Assembly: GCA_010093995.1 (NCBI GenBank)
Contig: ML992501.1
Location: forward strand, 330,227 to 394,226
Direction: 5' to 3'
DNA from: Elsinoe ampelina
Lineage: Eukaryota
Length of the DNA: 64,000 bases
Part shown: positions 46,701 to 59,089 of the stretch, piece by piece
How positions within the stretch are numbered: position 1 is the first letter of the stretch
How the letters are laid out: the number at the start of each line of letters is the position of its first letter
Made by a program: the position numbers and the translations under genes
Notes under the pieces: generated by a model
Database searches by the model: none
What the model was told of the DNA's origin: nothing
The model's input: the letters and a program-made list of their open reading frames with translations, nothing else

Positions 46701-48318
46701 CTATGCCTTTGCGGTCTCTGCTTGGGGTGGCTGCGGTGGTGGATCGGTTTTCAGCTTCTTCGGATCGCCAGGGCCATCAACACGAGCCGGAACATTCGTT
46801 GTTTCGGTCAGCGGTGGTCTGGCGGTCTCGGTAGGCGCGGGTCGCTTGATGGCTGTGGGGGCTTTGAAAGCACCTCTGTTGGCCATAGGACTCTGAGGTG
46901 CAGTGGGCATGCCTACTCGACGCATCGGGTCGCCAGCTGGGTTGACAAAGTTGCTCCGGGTGGCGCCAGAGATGCCAGCTTTCTCCGCAAGCATCGTCTT
47001 CGGCTCTGGTGCGGGTGGCAGCCCAATGTCCTGCCTCTTCACGGCTCCCGACTTGGTCATGTCTATCCCAGCAGTACGTCGAATAGAAGGCGACTCTGCG
47101 TGCGGGTTGAAGGGACGATCCGTCTGTTCGTGAACAGCGCGGCCAGCAACAAATCCTGCACCAGGCGCCGGCAGATTGTTGAGGTCAATCTCGGCAGGGA
47201 GTTTTGGAGCTGCGCCATTTGTGGTGGCCGGCCCAGGAGTTTTCTGCGCTGCAGCATTCGGTCCTGATTGGCCGCCCGGTTTCTGAACATTCTGCTGTGG
47301 ATTTGGCGGCGGTCGCTGACCATTTGACTGACCGTTTGGCTGTGGTCTCTGTCCATTCTGCATATTCTGAGGTGGTGGACGCATTGACTGAGCATGCTGC
47401 GGACCAGGTGGCCTAGACGTTGATCGCTGCACGTCTGAAGCAGACTGCGCTCTCTCGATTGGCCTTCTAGGCGTCTGTAATGTCGAATCGTCTTCTCCAG
47501 TAGAGTTGTCAAGTCTGACTTCGTCGGGGTGGGTAAAGTCCATCTCCTCAAACAGGTTTCCTCCAAATTCATCCTCTCCATACTCTGTGCTTCGCTCCGT
47601 ATTCAGTGATACCGCTGATCTGTCGCTTAGCATCCTCCTCTTCTCTGCCCTCATTGCCTCTGCCTCCCCCTCCTTCTTCAGCGGTGCATGATCAGGATGT
47701 CTATGCAGATTGCTCTCGTCCCATCTCCCAGGCGGTACCTTGATCTTGCTCACCTTCGACAAGTACTCTTTATCATACAGACAGTTTCCCAACACCTTGC
47801 CAAAGTTCCTCAACGCCCTCTTCAACCCATCTGTAGCTCCCTCCTTCTTCGCCTTTTCAAACGCTATGCCTTTGCCCTTGCAATTCTCAATCCTTCCATA
47901 CCCGATGTCCTCGTGATACATCCCATCTCTTAATGTCACGCGGACAATGACCGACAGTCCCAGATCTACCTTCCCCGAGTTTGGATTTTCATCCACAAAG
48001 TCAACTTGGACTTGTTGTATTGAAGAAGACCATCCATTGAAACCAAAGACTTCATTTGCGAGGTTGATGACTTTTTCGCCGGCGATATAGTGGACTTGGC
48101 CACCGCCTTGACCTTGTCGTTTCGATATATATTCCGGTCCAAGTTGCTTGTCTAGACGCGCTTGCAGTGTGGCGATCTCTGTCGCGGTGTAGGCGCTGAT
48201 CCGGCGTGGTCCCTCGTCGAATGGGTTGTCGATCGCGTGAGCCTGTCTGGTGAGTTCACGCTGGCTGCACGGGATTAGTTACAGCTGCTACAGGGAGGAG
48301 ATACACTTACTCAGGCAT
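46701..48318 (-). CDS. RAD52: DNA repair and recombination protein Rad52; exons 48318-48311, 48264-46701
   Basis: LQARLDKQLGPEYISKR, LANEVFGFNGWSS, VRVTLRDG.YHEDIGYG, AKKEGATDGLKRALRNFG.VLGNCLYDK; intron 48265-48310. Confidence 0.96.
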
Positions 48319-48393
48319 TGTGACGCATCTCAACGTGGTGGAGAGGTAGTGAGAAGTGGCGACAATTGTGAAGCTTGATTGCGGCCTGGAGTG

Positions 48394-48409
48394 ACGCGAG
48401 CGAGACGCG
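48394..48409. promoter_or_regulatory. Paired ACGCG (MCB-like) elements in the RAD52 promoter
   Basis: gtgACGCGagcgagACGCGcc, about 76-91 bp upstream of the ATG. Confidence 0.55.
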
Positions 48410-48621
48410 CCAGGACCGAAGCAGACGCCACGTTTCAAGCCACATTGGATTTCCAAAACACGGCAGCACGTGACTTTGATTGGGGCACTCGAACATTTGT
48501 TTTCCGTGGCCTCTTCCACCAGCGTGATCTATCTCACAATACCATACGTCCTTTACCAGATCTACAGCTTCCACACTAATGCCCATGTACGCCACTTCCA
48601 CTAACGCCATGCATCATTCGT

Positions 48622-49741
48622 TCATGCACCAGATACCACGTTAAGAACACCCCCATCGACGGCGATGATCTGGCCATTGACGTATTCGTTCTTGGCCAGG
48701 TACATGGCGGTCATGCCCATTTCGAAATCACTACCACCACGCTCAATAGGCACGTGCCCCTTCTCAGCTACCTTCTCAGCCTTCAGATCGCTCTTCTGTC
48801 GGTCGTCGCTGGTCTTGGCCGTCATCTCGGACGGGAAATAGCCAGGCGCTATCGAGTTGACCCTAATACCTGCCTTTTGGAACTCGGCACTCATCAGCTT
48901 GGTGAGGTGGATCGTGCCACCCTTCGAAGCATTGTAAGCAAAGTGTCCCTGCGCGTGGCGCATGATGCCAGACATGCTGGAGATCGTGATGACTGAGGGC
49001 CCAAAACGGTTGAGTGGACCAGTTGGCTTCATGCCGGCCTGGAGTAGAGGGAGGAAGGCGACGGTAGTGAAGTACACGGATGTGACATTGGTGCGGAAGG
49101 TATCGTCCCAGTCCTGGACAGACTCTCCATTCCACAGCGTATCCTTCAGCTTGTCGGCATCTTCGTGTTCAGGTGCGGCTTTAGGGCTCGATGTACCGGC
49201 GTTGCATACTACCAGTCTGAGTTTCTCGGTAGTCTATCTGGACAGCCTACTCACCGAGCAGATTGATGAACTTCTCGCGCTTCTGCAGGTCTTTGACGCA
49301 ATTCTCGAGGTCTTCCTTGCTAGTCACATCGGTAGTGGTGAGACTGAGGAGGGGTCAGCAGTCACCACCAGTCGTGATGAGTGCACTCACGGAATGATCT
49401 GGCCGCCATTCGGATCGTGGGACTTTGCAGCATTCTCTATTGCTTCAGATCCTGGGCACATGAGTGTTTGCGATTCACGACCTTGTTCGTAAACTTACGT
49501 CTACCCGTGATGTACACTTTGGCCCCTGGGATAGTCAGTGCGCGTTTCTGTTCGTGAGCATCCACCACTCACCATTTGCTACCAGAGCCTGAGTGCACAT
49601 AAGACCAATTCCGGTACCTATTATGTGGTCAGATCAAGTCGGGTGACTCGGTCTGTGACACTGACCACCGCCAGTGACCACCGCCACATAGTCTTTGAAG
49701 TTGTAGATGCTCTTGGCATCGAATTGGTGTGTCTCGGCCAT
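48622..49741 (-). CDS. Short-chain dehydrogenase/reductase (six exons)
   Basis: Spliced VAVVTGGGTGIG, GAKVYITGRR, CNAG, SSMSG, YNASK, IRVNSIAPGYFPSEM; five canonical introns. Confidence 0.9.
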
Positions 49742-50325
49742 GTGTGGTGAACTGGTAGTTATCTCAATTGCGAAGAGGAATTGATCTAGCAGAACCAGCA
49801 ACGAAGTCAAACTAAAGAGAATTTGCGAGCGCGGTCATACATCTGTCAGCAGTCAACTTTGCAAGGTTCGAAGATATCCTGACTGCCATTCTGGGAAGCA
49901 TGCAAAGTGACGTGGAAAATGATCATGGAATTTTTTGGGGTCGGGCAACCTCAGATCTGCAATGCAGGAACAGCACATGTCATCCAATGAAAACAAAGTC
50001 CTCTCGTGACGTTCATCAAACATGTGTTAAAACTTGGACAACTACCAGTCGCAAGTCGCTGGACTAATAAAAGCAATGGCTGCATTTGAGCGTTGTCGAG
50101 CCCAGGGTATATCAACACTTCATCCAGCATGATTCTCCCATCACCATCATCCTCCTCATCCGTCCCAATGCCTGTCGTCTTCGTCATTGTACTCTGCCTC
50201 TCGCACAACTGCAACCCATGGTGCGCCGCGCTGGTGCTCCTCTGCTGGTAGGGCTCCGCTTGCTACGGTAGGCATTTTCCATGTCCAACTGTGTGATTGG
50301 AGCTCTTATTCCACCCGAGAGCACA

Positions 50326-51729
50326 TCAGTCCATCTTCCAGTGCGTCATGTCATCTTGATCTTTGCCAAGATATAATTCAATGGCATAGAGTCCCATAGT
50401 GGCAGCGAGATTCAGCCATCTCCAGACATTGCTGCCAGCGTCTCCTCCTTGGTTTGTCCACCATTCACCAGGGTGATCTGCCGAGTTCGATGCAAAGTGT
50501 TGCATGAGTAAGCTCGTGTATACAGCAATCAGAATGCTGGGACTGTAGTAGCTGAGCAGCCCAACAACCCGACCCACACCGTCTTCATCATCCAGTGAAG
50601 GTTCTCGAGAAAGAGCTTCGGCACCGAACTCCTTGATAGCTGGAATGATTCGTGCCGCCGCGTACATGACGAAGATCCGATAAGCCAAAGAGATGATGAC
50701 TGACGGAGTGATTGTCATGATGGCAGCGATGAGGAAGTTGAATGCCGAGTGCATGGTGGATGGGAGGGTCGACAAAGCATGGAGAAGTGTCGAGTATGAT
50801 GCCATGATTATAGGTGGTAAAGGTGGGAAGTCAGGCTCGGGTGCTGGAGCATCAGCTGCGCTCCCAGCTGCTGGCTTGTAGTCGGTGAAAATTTGGTAGA
50901 TACAAAGAGTGATGTAGGCAAACTATCGTCGTTAGCATGCCCCGAAGATGCCCTCTCACAGGAACTTACCAGAAGAGAGCTCTCGATAGGATTGCCACGA
51001 CCGCTACCAATGCCCCACGCGCAAAGGAAGAATGCACATGTAATGGCAACCCCAATGAGGATAGCATCGATGTTGTCGATCTCAGGGAATTGAGTAATCC
51101 TCCACAGGAAATACACAGAGCTGGAGATGATCGAGGCTGCAGTGATCATGAGGCTGATCTGGATCTGGTCAGTATCGTGTATCCTATTGAAGCCTCTTAT
51201 CAGGACGTACCATCCAAGCGTCGCCTTGCTCTTGATTGACCAGGTATTTGGAGATCTTGCCCACTGCCTGTATCACAAGCAGACTGCAGAAGCCTTCACT
51301 CAACTGAAAGACAGGAGTCGAATATCGTAATAGCGAATCCCAAGCTCCGATCGTCGAGGACTCCAGCAGACCACCACTACCAAATATCCACTCATGTACC
51401 GAGTCAAATTGCGCTCTCTTGCCTCCGAACGTCTTCTCTACCCATCCACCTGAGCCTTCTCCATCGACTGAGAACTTGTTCAGACTCCATATCATGAGCG
51501 AAGGAATTACCAGCCATTGTGCAGTCGCGATAACATATGTAAAGCTCCTCAGCCTAGAATCTTTCGGCGTTGCGACATTGAACGTTGAGTAGAGGAAGTA
51601 GAATGTGCTGAGGGCGAGGGAGAAGGCGAGCCCACAGGTCCGGCCGCCAACATCGAAAGCTAAAGGTATCGAAAAGATAATGCTAAAGAGGAACGCGACT
51701 GATCCCAACGCTCGGAGGAAGAACCACAT
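50326..51729 (-). CDS. ICE2: ER membrane protein Ice2 (three exons)
   Basis: IPLAFDVGGRTCGLAFSL, STPVFQL.EGFCSLLVIQ, GIGSGRGNPIESSLL, SPSILIAVYTSLLMQH, WRW.N...T..LYAIEL. Confidence 0.92.
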
Positions 51730-52380
51730 TCAGGCTGCTGCTCGCAAAGAGCAATAGTTGATGTGGTACTTAGTATATAGCCCGCTTAGGTAGTCCGCTG
51801 TGCTGAAGTTCTCTAATCGATATTACAAGACGCGCACATGGCGGTGGATCTGATTGTCGAGGTGGGATGTCTTGTCGCGCTTGTCGCGTGATTCATGAGC
51901 TGAAGTCGTCCATGCAGTGCTAAGGATCTTCGAGGAAATGTGACGGGTACCTGACGGGAGTGGACTCCAAGATCAAGGAACGTGGCAGTCTGGAATCGAT
52001 CGAGGAACGGAAGAGATCAAGGCGGGTGGTGTAGCATGTAGTGCATTCACCAAAAGCGTGACCAAGTTTCCACTTGACCAAATTTGCGGAGACGAGATTG
52101 ACCGCCAGGACCAATCTTTGGCGAATAGAGTGGCCAGAGCCGCGCCAAGGCAAAGAAAGGGTCCGCGCTTGCCATTTTAGACTTTCTCACATGCCCTGCT
52201 TCAACTTCATCACATTGGAGAAATCTATCACAGGATACTGTCCACTATCTTCAGAACGTACCAGGACTCTGATCGTCTGAGTACCACGACTCTTCCTCCA
52301 TATAGCTGGTCAATCTGCTCGGCATTCTCCGCTCCAGCCGAGTGCTGGTTAGAACACCACTGGTCACGAGTCGATCCTTC

Positions 52381-53502
52381 ATGCAGACCGCCAAACGCAT
52401 GAAAATGACCGGACCTCAGATCGGTACCCACAATGGGCACTTTCACGCAGACGAAGCTCTCGCAGTGTACCTACTGAGACTACTCCCTGCATACCAGGAT
52501 AGCTCACTCGTCAGAACACGTGATCCCGAACTGCTCAACCAATGTCACACGGTTGTTGACGTGGGAGGAGTGTATGATGACGGAGTCAAGCGCTATGATC
52601 ATCACCAGAGGGAGTTCAATGCCGTCTTTCCATCACATGCTACCAAGCTCTCATCGGCAGGGCTAGTCTACATGCACTACGGCAAGGATATTATCGCGAG
52701 ATGCACCGACCTTCCAAAGGATCACCCAGACGTAGCGCTACTATATGAGAAGCTCTATGACGATTTTGTCGAAGCGTTCGATGCCAACGACAACGGTGTC
52801 TCCCTGTACGACCCTAACGATCTTCGTAAAGCTGGTCTAGAAAAGAAGTTCTCTGAGCGCGGTTTCAGTATCGCAAGCGTTGTCAACCGCCTGAACTATG
52901 CAAACCCAGCACCAGCTTTCCTCGCAAAGGAATCGCTATCAGCGAATGGCCAGAAGCCAGCAGACGCCGCATCAGCAGCCAAGGCCGACGCATCGGCCGA
53001 GAAGACACCCGAGCAGAAGCAGGCCGAGGAAGATGAGCGTTTCCTCAAGGCTAGCCATTTCGTCGGTGAACAGTTCCTAAGCGAACTCATGGATAAGGCA
53101 CAGTCCTGGTTGCCAGCTCGTGCGAGCGTGAAGGAGGCATTCGACAAGCGGACACAATACGACTCGAGTGGCCAAATCCTGGTTCTTCCTGAAGGTATGC
53201 CATGGGCTGATCATCTGTACGCCTTGGAGAAGGAGAACGGAGTGGAGGGACAGGTCCTGTACGTCTTGTTCCCGGAGAACGATCCGGAAGGAAAGACGAG
53301 GATTCGCGCCGTGGGTATCGAAAACGGTGGATTTGAGAACAGGAAAGCACTCCCAGCCGAGTGGAGGGGCCTACGAGACGAGGAGCTGAGCAAAGTAGCG
53401 GGCATTCCTGGTTGCATCTTCATCCACGCGAGCGGCTTCATTGGGGGCAATGCGACGCCTCAAGGTGCTCTTGACATGGCGAAGAAGGCTCTGACCCTGT
53501 AG
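52381..53502 (+). CDS. MYG1: MYG1-family exonuclease / metal-dependent hydrolase
   Basis: IGTHNGHFHADEALA, VVDVGG.YD, YDHHQR, KLSSAGLVY.HYG, DANDNG, WRGLRD, FIHASGFIGGN. Confidence 0.94.
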   Translation: MQTAKRMKMTGPQIGTHNGHFHADEALAVYLLRLLPAYQDSSLVRTRDPELLNQCHTVVDVGGVYDDGVKRYDHHQREFNAVFPSHATKLSSAGLVYMHYGKDIIARCTDLPKDHPDVALLYEKLYDDFVEAFDANDNGVSLYDPNDLRKAGLEKKFSERGFSIASVVNRLNYANPAPAFLAKESLSANGQKPADAASAAKADASAEKTPEQKQAEEDERFLKASHFVGEQFLSELMDKAQSWLPARASVKEAFDKRTQYDSSGQILVLPEGMPWADHLYALEKENGVEGQVLYVLFPENDPEGKTRIRAVGIENGGFENRKALPAEWRGLRDEELSKVAGIPGCIFIHASGFIGGNATPQGALDMAKKALTL

Positions 53503-54083
53503 AATTGGGCAGGAGTGCAATTTTACGATTGATGACCAAAATATCAAAAAGGCAACAAGAAGGTCATGCACTTTTGGTAGGATAGAATATAATTTGATGA
53601 CAGCTCCTCAATGAATGAGCTTTCCCTTCATGTTGATCCCCTGACTTGCTCCAAAGGTGCAGTGGCGTGCCCCTCCACGTGAAGTGGTCCCTGTCTCAGA
53701 TCCATTTGCGGGACCCAAACCTCCGCGACGCGCGCCGCAACCAGGATTCTGGGAAAGTCGGGCAGCAAGTGAGCCACTTGATTTTTGGACACTCTGGTTA
53801 GTCTACTCAGGCATAGGCGACAGCTCGAAAGGTCAGCTACAGCGTGGTGGGCATGAACGACTGGACACAAACATTGTTTCTTGGAGAGCACGGCCCACGC
53901 TCCACAAAGGTCCACGCTGACCTCACATTTCAGCCGGACGCTCTGAGGACAAGTTCTGGTTCGAGATAAGACGAGTTGGATACTACCACATACAAGAGAC
54001 AGCGAGCAGCACGCAATGGGCGGAGGAGGGACGAGAGCAGTACAACTATCCTCATCACCGATCCTATCTCCGCCCTCCCCACC

Positions 54084-57000
54084 ATGCCTACCTCGAGTCG
54101 GGCGCCAACGAACGGCAAAATCGATCATGTAAAGAGAAGTAATGGGACACCTGATCTGCTGGTCAACACCAAGCACAGCTCTCGTACATCCCGGCACGAT
54201 CTTCGCGAGCAGGCTGCCAAGGCAGCGAGCCATGAGAGCAGTGCCGAGCAAGCCTTGAGGAGGGAGAAGCCTCCTAGCAAGGATGGCGCCGCGCAAAGAG
54301 CTGCAGGAGAAGTTGCCGGACTGAAAGACTATGTATGTGTTCTTTTCCTGCATTGGTGCCTCATCCGTGGGGCAGACATATGAGCGAGTCAGATAGGTGG
54401 GGATATATGCTTTATGGACACACGTGGCATGCGGACCCACGAATCAGAGCCGCACTAGGATCGATGGAAGGTCGATTTCGTTGAGTATGGGCTGACGTAC
54501 TACCAGCAACTCGGTGACTGTCTTGGGAAGGGCGCCTTTGGCAGCGTCTACAGGGCGCTCAATTGGGGGACTGGGGAGACGGTTGCGATCAAGCAGATCA
54601 AGCTCGCGGATCTGCCGAAGGGTGCCGACACCTCTCTGCAGATGGAAATTGATTTGCTAAAGAACCTCAATGTAGGCTCTGCGATCTTTGACCTTGCTTC
54701 TTCGACTGACGTTTCCAGCATCCAAATATCGTCAAGTACAACGGATTTGTCAAGTCTTCGGAATCACTATATATCATACTCGAGTAAGGATGGATCTCAT
54801 TGCTTGTCTTCAAGTGGCTAATGACCGTGCAGGTACTGCGAGAATGGCTCTTTACACTCCATCTGCAAGAACTTTGGCAAGTTTCCAGAGAACTTGGTTG
54901 CCTTGTACATGTCACAAGTACTCCATGGATTGCTTTACCTTCACGACCAAGGTGTTATTCATCGCGATATCAAAGGAGCAAACATCCTCACTACCAAGGA
55001 AGGTCTGGTCAAACTTGCCGACTTTGGTGTCGCGGCCAAGAAGGACGGTTTGCATGAAAGCAGTGTCGTTGGAACTCCCTACTGGATGGCACCGGAAGTC
55101 ATCGAATTGTCTGGAGCCACTACAGCCTCGGACATTTGGAGTCTTGGATGCACCGTGATCGAGCTGCTAGATGGGAAGCCACCTTATCACAAATTGCAGC
55201 CAATGCCTGCTCTATTTCGGATTGTGAATGACGATCATCCTCCACTTCCTGAGGGCGCATCTCCAGTAAGTCTTACCTTACGCGAACACTTTCCGTGATG
55301 CTAAATTTCCCTAGGTCGTACGAGACTTCTTGATGCAGTGTTTCCAGAAAGATCCAAACTTGCGAGTATCGGCCAAAAAGCTACTAAAGCACCCTTGGAT
55401 TGTCAGCGCTCGGAGGTCTGATGCTGTTGTAGCAAAGCCGACCAAGTACGATGAAGCAGTCAAGAGTGTGCAAGAATGGAACGAAGCACTCAAATCCCCA
55501 AACAACAGCTTTCGCAGGCCAGGCAGACCGGTTGCACCAAGTCCGACACCTGGTCGGAAGGATCAGGGTCTTCAGACTCCAGCTGCTGCAAAAGGCTCAC
55601 TGGATTTGGAGAAGCTCGGTCAAAGGACAAACACAAAGCTGTTTCAGTCACCAGAGGACCAATCGAATGACAATTGGGATGATGACTTTGCCACGCCTAT
55701 AACCACGAGCGCACTCAAGCTACCGCATATGAAGCCTCATGACAACTTCGCTGGCAAGTTCTCGTCAGCCAAGCTGAAAGCATATGCCAACCACGAGATG
55801 ACTGCAGAAGACAACTGGGACGAGAACTTCGAGGGAGACCTGACTGTCAAAAGCCCAATGGAATTGGCACCAGGCGATACTCTGCAGACAGTACGACCAT
55901 TCTTTCCGAGATCAGCCAAGACTGCAGACATGCGAGAGGATATAGTTGGACCGTCATCGCATCGCAAGACAAGCAATGACAAGCGGAAAACATCACGAGA
56001 CTCACAGCCACGGACACAAATACTGCGACCAGCACAAAAGAAATCACTGCCGAAACCGAAGACAGCGCCCCCGAAGCCAGTGAGGCAGCCATCACTATTC
56101 CGCGAACGTTCAGTTGAGGACTACTCCGATCTCGTAGCCGCGGACGACGCAGCTTTTCAGCGGAAACTTGCTGCGTTGCAAGCACAAAAAGAGGAGTCAT
56201 TCTCGCCGCGTCTATTCCATCCTTCTGATTTGCAGACAACGCCGCGGTCGACGCTGAGACCATCTGGGAGCATGCGTAGAACGTCCATCCAAGTGGCGGA
56301 GGCTGCCACCGTGAGGCGATCGGACTCGCAAGTCGAGATACAAAAATATGCCGAGAATGCACGGGATGAGGACTTTTCCGATATCTTCGGGAAAGAAGAG
56401 CTCAGCCCGAAGCCCGCACAATCAGAGCATGATAGCTCTTCGGAAAGGGGCACTCTCATGATGCTCAACTCCAAACTTTCGACCAATTCGTGGCTCGGAG
56501 ATGAGGAAGACGATGACGATCCATTCGCCCAGCTGGAAGAATCTTTCGATGAGCTGGACCTGGAGACCAACATTGCTCGCGACAAGCATGCCAGACTATG
56601 CACATTGGTGGAAGGTCTTGTTGGATCGCTCAAGGTGACTCAGGGCGAGGACTACTTGGCAGATGTCACGGATCAGCTCATGCAAGTGCTGTATGAGTCG
56701 CCGGACGTCAAATCAGTCATTGTTTCTTCGCACGGCATGCTTCCTATTCTTGAGATCTTGGAAGCTTCAAAACGACCAGACACGGTACTTCGACTCCTCA
56801 AGATCGTCAACATGATATTATTGGACAACGTTGAGATCCAGGAGAACCTCTGTTTCGTTGGCGGTATTCCTATCATTACTCGCTTTGCCCAGAAGCGTTA
56901 CAGCAGCGACATCCGATTGGAAGCTGCAGCATTCGTGAGGCAAATGTTCCAGACAAGTACATTGACCCTGCAGATGTTTGTCAGCTGCGGTGGTCTAAAT

Positions 57001-58748
57001 GTGCTGGTCGACTTCTTGGAAGAGGACTACGAGGCCGAGCGGGATCTGGTACTGATTGGCGTCAACGGCATCTGGTCTGTCTTTGAGCTACAAGGTCCAA
57101 CACCGAAGAATGACTTTTGCCGCATCTTCTCCCGTAGCAATGTGCTATATCCGTTATCCTTGGTGCTCAACAGAGTGCTCGAGGAAGAAGGGGAGCTGGC
57201 CGAGCTGGTCGAGGGCCGCATCGTCAATATCTTCCTGCTGTTTTCACAGGCAGAGAACCATGTCAAGGAGACTATCGCCGACCGGATGGTGCTTAAGCGT
57301 GTATTGAAGGACATACGCAGGATGTCGCCGATCCACCAAATCACCATGCTCAAGTTCGTCAAAAATCTGTCCATGCTGGCATCTACATTGGAGCCCCTGC
57401 AGAACTCCAACGCCATTGAGGTACTAACAGACCTTCTGAACGCAAGCATGAAGCTGCCTCATTTCCGGGAGATCTCCAACCAGGTTCTCAACATCATGTA
57501 CAATCTCTGCCGGCTGAGCAAAGAGCGACAGGAGGACGCTGCACTCAATGGTGTCATTCCACTTCTCCAGCGGATCGTTAAGACGGATCGGCCGCTCAAG
57601 GAGTTTGCACTGCCGATCTTGTGCGACATGGCGCACTCTGGCAAAGTTTGTCGCAAGATCTTGTGGCAGAACAAGGGTTTGCAGTTTTATATTTCATTAC
57701 TTGCAGACCAATATTGGCAGGTCACGGCCTTGGATGCCATCTTCATCTGGTAAGCTCGGGTACAAGTGGTGATTAACTCAAATGACTAATTCTTTCCAGG
57801 CTCCAAGAGGAGACAGCCCGAGTGGAAGAGCATCTTCTTTCCACTCCCGCTTTTGCTAGCGCCATTGTCGACTGCTTCCTGCACTCCAAAGCCGACAGCT
57901 TCGAGAACCTGCTCGAGCCCCTGCAAAAACTCCTACGCCTCTCACCACCAGTCGCCTCCTCCCTCGCCGATCCCTCCCTCTTCTCCCGCACCGTCCACAA
58001 GCTACAATCCAAAAAAGCCCTCGTTCGTCTCAACCTCCTCCGCATCATCCGCTCCATCTGCGACGCCAGCGACGAAGACGGCAACCTCATCACCAGCTAC
58101 GGCCTGTACACGGCCATCGCCGACCTCGCCAAACACGACCAAGCCATCCTCGTCCGCGAAATGGCCGGCGACCTCATCAAATCCTCCGAGCTCAACGCCC
58201 GACGCAGCATGGACGGTGTCCGCCGCACCTTGCGAAGGAGTAGTTCCTCCACCATGACACCTACCTTGGCATCGAGCAGTTCCCTCCCTCCGACACCCAG
58301 CAGCGAGCGCGCCGCCAATAGCAGAGCGGGCAGCTACTTCGACGGGGAGATGCGCAGTCTCCGCGCCATGGGTGGTACCGCCTCCCCTTACCGCCCTGTC
58401 TCTCGTGACGGCAGCGGGGAAATGATGGGCGCGCTGTCAGGCTTGTCCGGTTTGAGCCTGACGTCTGGCAACTCAACGGCTCACGGAAACGTGCCAGGCC
58501 ACTCGCATAGTAATAGTAATTCGAGCCTGTCGAGCATGGTGCAGAAAAGCAGGTTGCCGCGACAGAGGCCGTTGAGGCAGGAGAGGCTCAGTCTTGCTAC
58601 GACGGGTGGGAGGGGAGGGGAATTGGGGACGGTGGTAGATCGGGAAGGGGCGCAGGAGGGAGGCGGGAGGGTGAGTCCTGTGGTTCGGGAGAGGGTGGGA
58701 GGTGTGGCAAGGGACGGGAGGCGCAGGAGGATGACGAGCCAGGGCTAG
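54084..58748 (+). CDS. sepH: SepH/Cdc7/Cdc15 septation-initiation STE kinase
   Basis: [30 protein letters not shown] kinase domain plus ARM-like C-terminal region ([24 protein letters not shown]); introns 54333-54506, 54672-54718, 54784-54832, 55266-55314, 57750-57799. Confidence 0.93.
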
Positions 58749-59089
58749 GGGTCTGGATTCGTTTTGGTGGAGGCGAAGGGGACTGATACCTTCTGAGTGG
58801 GATGCAGGGTTTCTTTTGTTCAGGCATGGGTTGGGAAGCGATTCGTATACGGGGAGTGTGCTGGTTGGCAAGCAGGGTTGCATAGCGTGGCGTTTTCTTG
58901 CGGTAGGAAAAGCTAGCATTGAGCGGTGAGGGTATGCATTTGATATTTGCCTTGCACTACTGACCGACATTGTTAATATTGGACGATTTTGAGGTGGTAT
59001 TATGCATTACTTATTTCTGGTAGTATTACAGTCTGTGTCTGCCTCAAAATCTCCACCCTCCCGACGGCCTGCATCAATCTCTGAGGATA

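Noticed and set aside
53628..54440. 270-aa minus-strand ORF
   Set aside because: Antisense to the sepH 5' region and first intron; no protein-like motifs.
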